Notes under the pieces: model-generated
Database searches by the model: none
Seen by the model: only the letters and a program-made list of their open reading frames with translations
Told to the model about the DNA's origin: nothing
Source: Escherichia phage EPIMRB01
Reading direction: 5' to 3' (one strand)
Sequence record: PQ657784
DNA length: 64,000 nucleotides
Position numbers and translations under genes: made by a program
Part shown: piece after piece, positions 11,450 to 21,869 of the stretch
Layout of the letters: each line of letters opens with the position of its first letter
Numbering within the stretch: position 1 is the stretch's first letter

Positions 11450-12130
11450 TTATTTTAATGTTACGAAAGAAGAATTGCGTGTTTCACGAATTAGAACTGA
11501 TCCGTCACGATTAATGTAATAAATTAAGCTAAACAAAGTTTGGTGTGCCGACGCGTGTTCAAAACTAGTTGGGTGAGATTTCCAATCCGGAGTTTCAGCA
11601 ATCCATTGGTAAATCCACCAAGGAACAGTGCAGAATCCTGGATTTTTTCCAATCAGCTGAAGATTCGGACTAAAGTTTTCCGGAAGAGTAAATACAGACG
11701 GCTTTTCAGATTCAATAATCTCAGCTACAGCCTGCTCGAATTTTTCTTCAACAAAAGGAGTGTCTTCAATCAAAACATCGGTATTTTCAGGAATTTTATC
11801 CGTTTCTACTACTTCAATTTTAATGTCAGATTTAACCGGAGAATCAATCAGAAGTGCTGCTTCTGGATTGACTTCTTCATCGTCATATTTTAATCCGTCT
11901 GCAGCATCAGCAGCATCAATTAAGTCTTTAATAGATAACCCATCAGTCTCTGGCATAGGTTCACTAGCGAGCTTCTGGAGGGCTTCTTCAATATCATTAA
12001 CGATATTATCAAAAGATTTATTCTTTTTGACCTTTATACCAAACTGTTCAGCATATTCAGCTAATTTAGCTTTAGCTTCTTTGTTATCATCAAGAGCCTT
12101 CAGCTCTGCAATATAATCTTTATCTATCAT
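11450..12130 (-). CDS. inh: Inh, inhibitor of prohead protease (internal head protein)
   Basis: 226-aa acidic protein immediately downstream of hoc as in T4. Confidence 0.7.
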   Translation of the reverse strand: MIDKDYIAELKALDDNKEAKAKLAEYAEQFGIKVKKNKSFDNIVNDIEEALQKLASEPMPETDGLSIKDLIDAADAADGLKYDDEEVNPEAALLIDSPVKSDIKIEVVETDKIPENTDVLIEDTPFVEEKFEQAVAEIIESEKPSVFTLPENFSPNLQLIGKNPGFCTVPWWIYQWIAETPDWKSHPTSFEHASAHQTLFSLIYYINRDGSVLIRETRNSSFVTLK

Positions 12131-12143
12131 AATATTTCCTCAG

Positions 12144-12151
12144 TATAAATA
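12144..12151 (+). promoter_or_regulatory. Late-promoter-like motif upstream of the seg endonuclease gene
   Basis: TATAAATA 29 bp upstream of ATG 12180. Confidence 0.45.
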
Positions 12152-12179
12152 TAGATATATTTATTACTCGGAAAATAGT

Positions 12180-12797
12180 ATGTACCACTTTGTATATGAA
12201 ACAACAAATCTAATAAATGGTAAAAAGTATATAGGAAAACACTCTACTGATGACTTGAATGATGGTTACCTTGGTTCCGGTAAGGCAATTCAGCAGGCTA
12301 TAAAGAAATATGGTGAAAACAATTTCTCTAGAACAATACTAAAAGAGTTTAAAACTTCCGAAGAAGCGTACATGTATGAAGAAGAAATTATAACTCCTGA
12401 AATAATAAAAAGCAAAAATTATTATAATATGAAACCTGGTGGAATTGGTGGAATTGTTATGACTACAGAGGTTATAGCAAAGATGAAAGAATCTTCCGCT
12501 AAGAGATTTGAAAACTCACCGGGCACGGTATTAGGTACAACTTGTTACACTAATGGAACTAAAAATATTTTTATTAAGCCTGGAGAACTTGTTCCAGAAG
12601 GATTTGTAAAAGGGATGGTTCATCCTAATAGAAAGTCCAGAAAAGGATGTAAAGTCAAACCGACTACCACAGGAACTTTTTGGGTCAATAATGGTGCAAT
12701 AAATAAATTAATACAACCAGACGGTATTATTCCCGACGGATTTATTAAAGGTCGTCTCATGAAAAGAGATTCTAAAGGCAAATTTAGTAAGGCATAA
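12180..12797 (+). CDS. GIY-YIG homing endonuclease, Seg family (segE-like by position)
   Basis: 205-aa ORF with N-terminal GIY-YIG-type motifs (KYIGK ... YLGSG); free-standing between inh and uvsW; TATAAATA motif upstream. Confidence 0.75.
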   Translation: MYHFVYETTNLINGKKYIGKHSTDDLNDGYLGSGKAIQQAIKKYGENNFSRTILKEFKTSEEAYMYEEEIITPEIIKSKNYYNMKPGGIGGIVMTTEVIAKMKESSAKRFENSPGTVLGTTCYTNGTKNIFIKPGELVPEGFVKGMVHPNRKSRKGCKVKPTTTGTFWVNNGAINKLIQPDGIIPDGFIKGRLMKRDSKGKFSKA

Positions 12798-12799
12798 TT

Positions 12800-14308
12800 A
12801 TGGATATTAAAGTACATTTTCACGACTTCAGTCATGTACGCATCGATTGTGAAGAGAGCACGTTCCACGAATTAAGAGATTTCTTTTCGTTTGAGGCCGA
12901 TGGATATAGATTTAACCCTCGCTTCAGATATGGCAACTGGGATGGACGAATCCGTCTTTTAGATTATAATCGTCTTCTTCCATTCGGCTTAGTCGGGCAA
13001 ATTAAAAAGTTCTGTGATAACTTTGGCTATAAAGCCTGGATTGACCCGCAAATTAACGAAAAAGAAGAATTATCAAGAAAAGATTTTGATGAATGGCTTT
13101 CTAAGTTAGAAATCTATTCAGGAAATAAAAGAATTGAACCACACTGGTATCAAAAAGATGCAGTGTTCGAAGGATTAGTTAATCGTCGCAGAATTCTTAA
13201 TCTTCCAACATCCGCAGGTAAATCTTTAATTCAAGCTTTGCTTGCACGTTATTATTTGGAAAATTATGAAGGTAAAATTCTTATCATTGTTCCAACAACT
13301 GCTCTGACAACTCAGATGGCTGATGACTTTGTTGACTATCGTTTATTCAGTCATGCAATGATAAAGAAAATTGGCGGCGGAGCATCAAAAGATGATAAAT
13401 ATAAAAATGATGCACCGGTAATTGTCGGTACATGGCAAACTGTAGTAAAACAACCGAAAGAATGGTTCTCACAGTTTGGAATGATGATGAATGATGAATG
13501 CCATCTTGCTACAGGAAAAAGTATTTCATCTATCATATCGGGTTTAAATAACTGCATGTTCAAATTCGGTTTGTCTGGTTCATTACGTGATGGCAAAGCC
13601 AATATCATGCAGTATGTTGGAATGTTTGGTGAAATATTTAAGCCAGTAACGACTTCTAAATTAATGGAAGATGGACAAGTAACTGAGTTAAAAATTAATA
13701 GTATTTTTCTTCGTTATCCTGATGAGTTTACTACTAAATTAAAGGGAAAAACTTACCAAGAAGAAATAAAAATTATTACTGGGCTCAGTAAAAGAAATAA
13801 ATGGATCGCTAAATTAGCTATTAAACTTGCGCAAAAAGATGAAAACGCTTTTGTCATGTTTAAGCATGTATCGCATGGTAAAGCTATTTTCGATTTAATT
13901 AAAAATGAATACGATAAAGTTTATTACGTATCAGGGGAAGTTGATACCGAAACCCGTAATGTAATGAAAACCTTAGCTGAAAACGGTAAAGGAATAATTA
14001 TAGTAGCAAGTTATGGTGTATTTTCTACTGGTATTTCAGTTAAAAATCTGCATCACGTTGTTTTAGCGCACGGTGTTAAATCTAAAATTATTGTATTGCA
14101 AACAATAGGTCGTGTATTACGTAAGCATGGTTCTAAAACAATCGCAACGGTCTGGGACCTCATTGATGATTGCGGTGTTAAGCCAAAATCTGCTAATACG
14201 AAAAAGAAATATGTTCATTTGAACTATCTTTTAAAACACGGCATTGATCGTATTCAGCGCTACGCAGATGAAAAATTTAATTACGTAATGAAAACAGTTA
14301 ATTTATAA
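12800..14308 (+). CDS. uvsW: UvsW RNA-DNA / DNA-DNA helicase
   Basis: 502 aa; Walker A PTSAGKS and DECH box (NDECH); T4 position. Confidence 0.9.
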   Translation: MDIKVHFHDFSHVRIDCEESTFHELRDFFSFEADGYRFNPRFRYGNWDGRIRLLDYNRLLPFGLVGQIKKFCDNFGYKAWIDPQINEKEELSRKDFDEWLSKLEIYSGNKRIEPHWYQKDAVFEGLVNRRRILNLPTSAGKSLIQALLARYYLENYEGKILIIVPTTALTTQMADDFVDYRLFSHAMIKKIGGGASKDDKYKNDAPVIVGTWQTVVKQPKEWFSQFGMMMNDECHLATGKSISSIISGLNNCMFKFGLSGSLRDGKANIMQYVGMFGEIFKPVTTSKLMEDGQVTELKINSIFLRYPDEFTTKLKGKTYQEEIKIITGLSKRNKWIAKLAIKLAQKDENAFVMFKHVSHGKAIFDLIKNEYDKVYYVSGEVDTETRNVMKTLAENGKGIIIVASYGVFSTGISVKNLHHVVLAHGVKSKIIVLQTIGRVLRKHGSKTIATVWDLIDDCGVKPKSANTKKKYVHLNYLLKHGIDRIQRYADEKFNYVMKTVNL

Positions 14309-14333
14309 GGGCTTCGGCCCTTTGGAGAAAAAG

Positions 14334-14564
14334 ATGTTACTAGAATTTAAACAATTTCTTTATGAAGCTTCTATTGATGAATTTATGGGTAAAATTGCCT
14401 CTTGTCAAACATTAGAAGGTTTAGAAGAACTTGAAGCTTATTATAAGAAAAGAGTCAAAGAAACTGAATTAAAAGATACTGATGACATCTCTGTGAGAGA
14501 TGCTTTGGCAGGAAAAAGAGCTGAATTAGAAGATTCAGACGATGAAGTAGAAGAAAGCTTTTAA
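14334..14564 (+). CDS. uvsW.1: UvsW.1 small acidic protein
   Basis: 76 aa from ATG 14334 (track starts at TTG 14322); directly downstream of uvsW. Confidence 0.6.
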   Translation: MLLEFKQFLYEASIDEFMGKIASCQTLEGLEELEAYYKKRVKETELKDTDDISVRDALAGKRAELEDSDDEVEESF

Positions 14565-14570
14565 ATTAAA

Positions 14571-14600
14571 AAAGGCCCAACCAAAAAGGAAGGGCCAAAA
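14571..14600. terminator. Bidirectional hairpin between uvsW.1 (+) and uvsY.-2 (-)
   Basis: aaaaaaggccc ... gggccaaaa, GC stem flanked by A-runs on both sides. Confidence 0.55.
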
Positions 14601-14619
14601 CTATAGACTAAAGGTCACA

Positions 14620-14787
14620 CTATAGCAAAAGTTGTGTTTCATTTAATTGTTCTTCCGAACTTTCTGAAACTGGTAGTTCTTTAATGTAATTATAGCAAGG
14701 CCCAGGATGTACAGGACCTTTGTCTGTTTCAACAACCAATGCAGAATCGATTGGAGTTTTACAGACAACACAAATCTTATCTGACAT
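14620..14787 (-). CDS. Small Cys-rich protein (uvsY.-2 position), not in ORF track (55 aa)
   Basis: Hand-translated: MSDKICVVCKTPIDSALVVETDKGPVHPGPCYNY...; CxxC plus distal Cys suggests a zinc ribbon; sits between uvsY.-1 and the bidirectional terminator. Confidence 0.5.
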   Translation of the reverse strand: MSDKICVVCKTPIDSALVVETDKGPVHPGPCYNYIKELPVSESSEEQLNETQLLL

Positions 14788-14815
14788 GATTGTCTCCTCT
14801 GAATTATATATCTAT

Positions 14816-15040
14816 TTATACAACTCTCATATGCATATCAATGCCCATATCTTTAGAATAAAAATATTCATCAAGATATCCGGCAAATTTTCCTTTAATA
14901 TAAAGGACATCTTCACCGCACGGGTGGTCGGCCAGGATACGAATATCCTGACGCTTAAGATTATGCTTTTTCATTAAGAATTGAATTTCCGTTTCAAATT
15001 CTTCTTCATAATTAAAAGCATCATCAATGCTATATCTCAT
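14816..15040 (-). CDS. Hypothetical protein (uvsY.-1 position)
   Basis: 74-aa ORF, stop overlaps uvsY start. Confidence 0.6.
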   Translation of the reverse strand: MRYSIDDAFNYEEEFETEIQFLMKKHNLKRQDIRILADHPCGEDVLYIKGKFAGYLDEYFYSKDMGIDMHMRVV

Positions 15041-15453
15041 TATTTTCCAGCCTCAAACGCTCGCATGTCTTGAATATGCTTAATAGCAAATCCACGTGAT
15101 TTAATAGCATCAAGAGCTCCGCTACAGAAATCTAATAAAATCCCCCAATACTGTAACGAGGTATCAACCTTTAAAACATCCTTATCAGCTGATAGAACTG
15201 TCTTCATTTCTGATTTCTCGTAACGATCCATACTAAATTCATCACCGTCTCCTCGTCCCGAGTAGTAGTCTAATTTAGCTTTAAGAGCAACTTTTTTCTG
15301 TGCGTCAATTCTAAGCATTTCCTTTTTAATACTTGAATGCTTATTAAGCCATTTACTATATAACATCACATTATTAGCTGCTTCATACTGTAATTTAGTC
15401 GAATCTATAAACACATCTTTCTTCAATTCTTCTTGAAGATCTTCTAATCTCAT
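15040..15453 (-). CDS. uvsY: UvsY recombination mediator protein
   Basis: 137 aa, T4 UvsY length and sequence; MotA-box middle promoter upstream. Confidence 0.85.
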   Translation of the reverse strand: MRLEDLQEELKKDVFIDSTKLQYEAANNVMLYSKWLNKHSSIKKEMLRIDAQKKVALKAKLDYYSGRGDGDEFSMDRYEKSEMKTVLSADKDVLKVDTSLQYWGILLDFCSGALDAIKSRGFAIKHIQDMRAFEAGK

Positions 15454-15493
15454 ATTGTTCTCTATTCAATTGTTATTGGATGGACTTAGATTC

Positions 15494-15519
15494 ATTATAC
15501 CACGTTTTAACGTGAAGCA
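15494..15519 (-). promoter_or_regulatory. MotA-dependent middle promoter for uvsY (probable)
   Basis: Minus-strand ATGCTTCA (MotA-box-like) 13 nt upstream of TATAAT, about 45 bp before uvsY ATG. Confidence 0.5.
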
Positions 15520-15918
15520 TTATACTCTATTACTAGAAGCCAATTGCAGTTTTATCTGCTCAATATCATCAGGGTTATCGATGACCGAAAAGCGTATTTC
15601 TACTATCAGAGTATAATCGTCATAAACGGGTATCACATTAACTGATAATTTATCAATACGTGGCTCATAGTTTCTTACTGCGCTTTCGATATTGCGCTCA
15701 ACCGTATCAGCAGTAAGAGGAGTCATATTTTCAAAAAGCTGGTCTGATAAATCACATCCAAATTCAGGGTCAAACGGTCTTGAACCTTTTCTTGTTGTAA
15801 TAATTCCCAAAAGACTGTTTTTAATTGACCTTAATCCAAGCGATCTGGAAACGTCTTTGTTCCAATCCATTTTCATTTCCGGGTCAATGTCAGAATAAAG
15901 CTTATTAATATTTGACAT
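15520..15918 (-). CDS. 25: Baseplate wedge protein gp25
   Basis: 132 aa, T4 gp25 length and position adjacent to gene 26. Confidence 0.85.
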   Translation of the reverse strand: MSNINKLYSDIDPEMKMDWNKDVSRSLGLRSIKNSLLGIITTRKGSRPFDPEFGCDLSDQLFENMTPLTADTVERNIESAVRNYEPRIDKLSVNVIPVYDDYTLIVEIRFSVIDNPDDIEQIKLQLASSNRV

Positions 15919-16544
15919 TATAGTAACTCAAAGAACTCTTTGAGGCCTCTTATTACGTGAGCATGGGTTTTTCCACACTCTGGACACTTAATTGGAACAG
16001 CCAAATAAACAGTAGGCTTTAAAAGCATATCTTTTATAGCTACAATATCTGACTCTGTGATGATAGAATATAAATCTTCCAGTTCTTTTTCATTTAAGTC
16101 TTCAACTGGAATGCTTTCCCCGTTAGCATGAATCGTTTCTATGCATGATACTATCATGTGGGCTATATTTTTATCATCAAAAATTTTAGGGTATCGGAAT
16201 TTAATTTTAATGTCACCCAGTGTATACCAGAGGTCTTCTGGTGCATCTATTTGTGTATGTAATAGATTTATATGGGTTGGTATTTCAGTTCCACAGGTGC
16301 ACTTCCAGGAGTTTTCGTGATTAACTTCGCCGAGAGAATGTGCCCATAAATGAATCAACAATAGTTCTGATTCTTGGCGGTTTAAATCTTTTGCATTTGT
16401 GCAGTCTTTGATTAGCTTTTTAACAATTACTTCTACGGAACCATTATTTTTGGCAGTAATAAGTTCTAGATATTCTTTAAGCGTGAATGCGCGACAATTG
16501 ATTATTTTAGAACCAACTCTCACATCAAATTTGTATTCATACAT
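15918..16544 (-). CDS. 26: Baseplate hub protein gp26
   Basis: 208 aa, divergently arranged with gene 51 as in T4. Confidence 0.8.
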   Translation of the reverse strand: MYEYKFDVRVGSKIINCRAFTLKEYLELITAKNNGSVEVIVKKLIKDCTNAKDLNRQESELLLIHLWAHSLGEVNHENSWKCTCGTEIPTHINLLHTQIDAPEDLWYTLGDIKIKFRYPKIFDDKNIAHMIVSCIETIHANGESIPVEDLNEKELEDLYSIITESDIVAIKDMLLKPTVYLAVPIKCPECGKTHAHVIRGLKEFFELL

Positions 16545-16569
16545 ATTTAGCTCCTTTATTTATCATATT

Positions 16570-16577
16570 TATAAATA
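16570..16577 (+). promoter_or_regulatory. Late promoter motif for gene 51, within a near-palindrome that also reads TATAAATA on the minus strand toward gene 26
   Basis: ttTATAAATAg seen; reverse complement of tatttataaata also contains TATAAATA. Confidence 0.55.
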
Positions 16578-16594
16578 GAATAAAAGGAGCATCT

Positions 16595-17344
16595 ATGGCA
16601 AACATTATTCGTTGTAAATTACCAGATGGTGTTCATCGTTTTAAACCATTTACGGTAGAAGATTATCGAGATTTTTTGTTAGTTCGAAACGATATAGAAC
16701 ATCGGTCACCACAAGAGCAAAAAGAAATAATTACTGATTTAATTGATGATTATTTTGGAGACTATCCGAAGACTTGGCAACCATTTATATTTTTGCAGGT
16801 ATTTGTAGGGTCAATAGGTAAAACTAAAGTACCAGTCACATTCGTATGTCCAAAATGTAAAAAAGAAAAGACAGTTCCATTTGAAATATATCAAAAAGAA
16901 TTAAAGGAACCTGTTTTTGATGTAGCTAATGTTAAAATTAAATTAAAGTTTCCTTCTGAGTTTTATGAAAATAAAGCAAAGATGATTACTGAAAATATTC
17001 ATTCTGTTCAAGTAGATGAAATATGGTATGATTGGAAGGAAATTAGTGAATCAAGTCAAATAGAACTAGTTGACGCCATCGAGATAGAAACATTAGAAAA
17101 AATTCTCGATGCAATGAATCCTATTAATTTAACTCTACATATGTCATGCTGTAATAAGTACATTAAAAAATACACTGATATAGTAGACGTGTTTAAGCTA
17201 TTAGTTAACCCAGATGAGATATTTACTTTTTATCAAATTAATCACACACTCGTAAAAAGTAATTATAGCTTAAATTCAATAATGAAAATGATTCCTGCTG
17301 AGCGCGGATTCGTATTAAAACTGATTGAGAAGGATAAACAATAA
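16595..17344 (+). CDS. 51: Baseplate hub assembly catalyst gp51
   Basis: 249 aa, late promoter upstream, followed by 27-28-29. Confidence 0.8.
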   Translation: MANIIRCKLPDGVHRFKPFTVEDYRDFLLVRNDIEHRSPQEQKEIITDLIDDYFGDYPKTWQPFIFLQVFVGSIGKTKVPVTFVCPKCKKEKTVPFEIYQKELKEPVFDVANVKIKLKFPSEFYENKAKMITENIHSVQVDEIWYDWKEISESSQIELVDAIEIETLEKILDAMNPINLTLHMSCCNKYIKKYTDIVDVFKLLVNPDEIFTFYQINHTLVKSNYSLNSIMKMIPAERGFVLKLIEKDKQ

Positions 17345-18519
17345 TGAGTATGTTGCAACGCCCAGGATATCCAAATCTCAGCGTTAAATTATTTGATAGC
17401 TACGACGCTTGGAGTAATAATAGATTTGTTGAATTAGCTGCTACTATTACCACATTAACTATGCGGGATTCTCTTTATGGCCGAAATGAAGGAATGCTGC
17501 AGTTTTATGATTCTAAAAATATCCATACAAAAATGGATGGAAATGAAATAATTCAGATTTCTGTAGCTAATGCAAACGATATTAATAATGTTAAAACACG
17601 AATTTATGGATGTAAGCATTTTTCAGTGTCAGTAGATTCAAAGGGTGATAACATCATTGCTATTGAATTGGGAACTATTCATTCTATAGAAAATCTTAAA
17701 TTTGGCAGACCGTTTTTCTCTGATGCAGGTGAATCTATAAAGGAAATGCTTGGTGTAATTTATCAAGACCGCACATTATTAACTCCAGCAATAAATGCTA
17801 TAAATGCTTATGTTCCTGATATTCCGTGGACTAGCACATTTGAAAACTATTTGTCATATGTCAGAGAAGTTGCTCTAGCTGTAGGAAGTGACAAATTTGT
17901 ATTTGTGTGGCAAGACATCATGGGAGTTAACATGATGGACTATGATATGATGATAAATCAAGAACCATATCCAATGATTGTCGGTGAGCCATCTTTAATA
18001 GGTCAATTCATCCAAGAATTAAAATATCCATTAGCATATGATTTCGTTTGGTTGACTAAATCGAATCCTCACAAACGTGACCCAATGAAAAACGCTACTA
18101 TCTATGCTCATTCATTTTTGGATTCTTCATTGCCAATGATTACTACAGGAAAGGGCGAAAACTCTATTGTAGTATCAAGGTCAGGTGCTTATTCTGAAAT
18201 GACTTATAGGAATGGATATGAAGAAGCTATTCGTCTTCAAACTATGGCACAATACGATGGTTATGCTAAATGTTCTACTGTCGGTAATTTTAACTTGACT
18301 CCTGGCGTTAAAATTATTTTTAATGATAGTAAAAACCAATTTAAAACAGAATTTTACGTTGATGAAGTCATCCATGAATTATCAAATAATAATTCAGTAA
18401 CTCATCTATATATGTTCACTAATGCAACGAAACTGGAAACAATAGACCCAGTTAAGGTTAAAAATGAATTTAAATCTGATACTACCACTGAAGAAAGTAG
18501 TTCTTCCAATAAGCAATAA
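17344..18519 (+). CDS. 27: Baseplate hub protein gp27
   Basis: 391 aa, T4 gp27 length and position. Confidence 0.85.
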   Translation: MSMLQRPGYPNLSVKLFDSYDAWSNNRFVELAATITTLTMRDSLYGRNEGMLQFYDSKNIHTKMDGNEIIQISVANANDINNVKTRIYGCKHFSVSVDSKGDNIIAIELGTIHSIENLKFGRPFFSDAGESIKEMLGVIYQDRTLLTPAINAINAYVPDIPWTSTFENYLSYVREVALAVGSDKFVFVWQDIMGVNMMDYDMMINQEPYPMIVGEPSLIGQFIQELKYPLAYDFVWLTKSNPHKRDPMKNATIYAHSFLDSSLPMITTGKGENSIVVSRSGAYSEMTYRNGYEEAIRLQTMAQYDGYAKCSTVGNFNLTPGVKIIFNDSKNQFKTEFYVDEVIHELSNNNSVTHLYMFTNATKLETIDPVKVKNEFKSDTTTEESSSSNKQ

Positions 18520-18997
18520 AGAAGTTTCTATTCCTAAAATGGGTCTTAAACATTATAACATTTTAAAAGATGTTAAAGGTCCTGATGAAAATTTAAAACT
18601 TCTTATTGATTCTATTTGTCCGAATTTATCACCAGCAGAAGTTGATTTCGTTTCCATTCATTTATTAGAATTTAATGGAAAGATTAAATCTCGTAAAGAA
18701 ATAGATGGTTATACTTATGACATTAATGATGTTTATGTATGCCAAAGATTGGAATTTCAATACCAAGGAAATACATTTTATTTTAGACCTCCTGGAAAAT
18801 TTGAACAATTTTTAACGGTGAGCGATATGTTATCCAAATGCTTGCTTAAGGTCAATGATGAAGTTAAAGAAATTAATTTTCTTGAGATGCCAGCATTCGT
18901 TTTAAAATGGGCAAATGATATTTTTACAACTTTAGCAATTCCTGGCCCTAATGGTCCAATAACTGGAATTGGCAATATTATTGGATTATTTGAATGA
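18464..18997 (+). CDS. 28: Baseplate distal hub protein gp28 (start uncertain; track start overlaps gene 27)
   Basis: 177-aa ORF in track between 27 and 29. Confidence 0.7.
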   Translation: MNLNLILPLKKVVLPISNKEVSIPKMGLKHYNILKDVKGPDENLKLLIDSICPNLSPAEVDFVSIHLLEFNGKIKSRKEIDGYTYDINDVYVCQRLEFQYQGNTFYFRPPGKFEQFLTVSDMLSKCLLKVNDEVKEINFLEMPAFVLKWANDIFTTLAIPGPNGPITGIGNIIGLFE

Positions 18998-20766
18998 AAA
19001 AGCCACAAGAAATGCAAACGATGCGTAGAAAAGTTATTTCAGATAATAAACCAACACAGGAAGCGGCTAAATCCGCTTCTAATACTTTATCTGGACTTAA
19101 TGACATATCTACGAAATTGGATGATGCTCAAGCTGCTTCTGAATTAATTGCTCAAACTGTCGAAGAAAAATCGAATGAAATAATTGGAGCAATTGACAAC
19201 GTTGAAAGCGCAGTGAGTGATACTACCGCAGGTTCTGAGTTAATTGCCGAGACTGTTGAAATTGGCAATAATATCAATAAAGAAATAGGCGAATCACTCG
19301 GAAGCAAATTAGATAAATTAACGAGTTTATTAGAACAAAAAATTCAGACAGCTGGAATTCAACAGACGGGAACTAGTTTAGCCACGGTTGAAAGCGCTAT
19401 TCCTGTTAAAGTTGTTGAGGATGATACAGCCGAATCTGTGGGTCCTTTATTACCGGCCCCCGAAGCAGTTAATAATGATCCTGATGCTGATTTTTTCCCG
19501 ACCCCTCAGCCAGTTGAGCCAAAGCAAGAATCACCAGAAGAAAAACAGAAAAAAGAAGCATTTAACTTAAAATTATCTCAAGCTTTAGATAAATTAACAA
19601 AGACAGTTGATTTTGGATTTAAGAAATCTATTTCAATTACTGATAAAATATCAAGCATGCTATTTAAGTACACCGTCAGTGCTGCTATTGAAGCTGCTAA
19701 AATGACTGCAATGATATTGGCTGTTGTTGTTGGAATAGACCTTTTGATGGTTCACTTTAAATACTGGTCAGGTAAATTTTCACAAGCCTGGGACTTGTTT
19801 AGTGCAAACTTTACTAAATTCTCTAGCGAAACCGGAACATGGGGTCCTTTATTACAGAGCATCTTTGGTTCTATTGATAAAATTCAACAATTTTGGGAAA
19901 AGGGAGATTGGGGTGGATTGACAGCAGCTATCATAGAAGGACTCGGAAGTGTTCTTTTTAATTTAGGAGAGCTTATTCAATTAGGTATGGCTAAATTATC
20001 TGCTGCAATTCTTCGAGTCATTCCTGGCATGAAAGACACTGCTGATGAAGTAGAAGGAAGAGCACTGGAAAATTTCCAAAATACTACTGGAGCATCTCTC
20101 AATAAAGAAGACCAGGAAAAAGTTGCAAATTATCAGTACAAAAGAATGAATGGAGACCTTGGTCCAATAGCAAAAGGATTAGACAAAATTGCGAACTGGA
20201 AAACTCGTGCATCTAACTGGATTCGTGGTGTAGATAATAAAGAAGCACTAACATCTGATGAAGAGAGAGCAGAGGAAGAAGAAAAATTAAAGCAGCTTTC
20301 TCCGGAGGAAGCTAAAATTGCTTTAATGAAAGCTAATGAAGCTCGTGCTGCTATGAATCGTTTTGAAAAATATGCTGATTCAGCTGATATGAATAAAGAC
20401 TCAACGGTTAAATCTGTTGAATCTGCCTATGAAGACCTTAAAAAACGGATGGATGACCCGGATTTAAACAATTCACCGGCAGTTAAAAAAGAACTTGCTG
20501 CTAGATTTTCTAAAATTGATGCTACTTATCAAGAGCTCAAGAAAAATCAGCCTAATGCCAAACCTGAAACTTCTGCTAAATCGCCAGAAGCGAAACAGGT
20601 CCAGGTTATTGAAAAGAACAAAGCACAGCAAGTTCCTGTTCAGCAAGCATCTCCTTCAATCAATAATACTAATAATGTTATTAAGAAAAATACTGTCGTT
20701 CATAATATGACACCTGTCACAAGCACAACTGCTCCTGGTGTATTTGATGCGACTGGAGTTAATTAA
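18994..20766 (+). CDS. 29: Baseplate hub / tail length determinator gp29
   Basis: 590 aa, T4 gp29 length, extended Ala/Glu/Lys-rich region. Confidence 0.85.
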   Translation: MKKPQEMQTMRRKVISDNKPTQEAAKSASNTLSGLNDISTKLDDAQAASELIAQTVEEKSNEIIGAIDNVESAVSDTTAGSELIAETVEIGNNINKEIGESLGSKLDKLTSLLEQKIQTAGIQQTGTSLATVESAIPVKVVEDDTAESVGPLLPAPEAVNNDPDADFFPTPQPVEPKQESPEEKQKKEAFNLKLSQALDKLTKTVDFGFKKSISITDKISSMLFKYTVSAAIEAAKMTAMILAVVVGIDLLMVHFKYWSGKFSQAWDLFSANFTKFSSETGTWGPLLQSIFGSIDKIQQFWEKGDWGGLTAAIIEGLGSVLFNLGELIQLGMAKLSAAILRVIPGMKDTADEVEGRALENFQNTTGASLNKEDQEKVANYQYKRMNGDLGPIAKGLDKIANWKTRASNWIRGVDNKEALTSDEERAEEEEKLKQLSPEEAKIALMKANEARAAMNRFEKYADSADMNKDSTVKSVESAYEDLKKRMDDPDLNNSPAVKKELAARFSKIDATYQELKKNQPNAKPETSAKSPEAKQVQVIEKNKAQQVPVQQASPSINNTNNVIKKNTVVHNMTPVTSTTAPGVFDATGVN

Positions 20767-20774
20767 GGAATAAT

Positions 20775-21869
20775 ATGGCAATTGTTAAAGAAATAACTGC
20801 TGATTTAATTAAAAAGTCCGGTGAGAAAATTTCAGCCGGACAGAGCACTAAATCAGAAGTAGTAACTAAAACATACACTGCCCAGTTTCCAACTGGGCGT
20901 GCTAGTGGTAATGACACTACAGGGGACTTCCAGGTAACAGATCTATATAAGAATGGATTATTATTTACTGCATACAATATGTCATCTAGGGATTCTGGAA
21001 GTCTTAGATCGATGAGATCTAACTACTCTTCTTCATCTTCTAGTATTTTACGTACAGCCAGAAACACTATCAGTAATACAGTATCAAAACTGTCAAATGG
21101 ATTAATATCAGATAATAATTCAGGAACAATAAGTAAAGTTCCTGTTGCAAATATTCTTTTACCGAGATCTAAATCCGATGTTGATACATCATCACATAGA
21201 TTTAACGATGTTCAAGATAGTCTTATTACAAAAGGTGGAGGTACTGCTACTGGCGTGTTAAGCAATATGGCTTCAACTGCAGTATTTGGAGCACTGGAAA
21301 GTATAACACAAGGTATAATGGCTGATAATAATGAACAGATTTATACGACAGCCAGAAGTATGTATGGTGGTGCTGAGAATAGAACTAAAGTGTTCACTTG
21401 GGATTTGACTCCGCGCTCCACAGAAGATTTAATGGCTATTATTAATATCTATCAATATTTTAACTATTTTTCTTATGGTGAAACGGGTAAATCTCAATAT
21501 GCTGCTGAAATAAAAGGATATCTAGATGAGTGGTATCGCTCTACTTTTATTGAGCCATTAACTCCAGAAGATGCAGTTAAAAATAAGACGTTATTTGAGA
21601 AAATGACATCGAGTTTAACTAACGTTCTTGTAGTTTCAAACCCGACAATTTGGATGGTTAAAAACTTTGGCGCAACTTCTAAATTTGACGGAAAAACAGA
21701 AGTGTTTGGACCGTGTCAAATTCAAAGTATTAGATTTGATAAAACTCCGAATGGTAATTTTAACGGATTAGCTATTGCTCCTAACCTTCCAAGTTCTTTT
21801 ACGCTCGAGATTACTATGAGAGAGATTATCACGTTAAACCGTGCTTCTTTATATACGGGGACTTTCTAA
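20775..21869 (+). CDS. 48: Baseplate tail tube cap gp48
   Basis: 364 aa, T4 gp48 length and position. Confidence 0.85.
   Translation: MAIVKEITADLIKKSGEKISAGQSTKSEVVTKTYTAQFPTGRASGNDTTGDFQVTDLYKNGLLFTAYNMSSRDSGSLRSMRSNYSSSSSSILRTARNTISNTVSKLSNGLISDNNSGTISKVPVANILLPRSKSDVDTSSHRFNDVQDSLITKGGGTATGVLSNMASTAVFGALESITQGIMADNNEQIYTTARSMYGGAENRTKVFTWDLTPRSTEDLMAIINIYQYFNYFSYGETGKSQYAAEIKGYLDEWYRSTFIEPLTPEDAVKNKTLFEKMTSSLTNVLVVSNPTIWMVKNFGATSKFDGKTEVFGPCQIQSIRFDKTPNGNFNGLAIAPNLPSSFTLEITMREIITLNRASLYTGTF

Noticed and set aside
11540-12116. Two plus-strand ORFs (117 and 118 aa) overlapping inh
   Set aside because: Entirely antisense to the inh coding region, low-complexity translations, no start context; inh on the minus strand explains the region.
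16545-16594. Palindromic AT-rich element between genes 26 and 51 considered as a possible origin or novel operator
   Set aside because: Best explained as overlapping divergent late promoters (TATAAATA readable on both strands), the known arrangement for divergent late genes.
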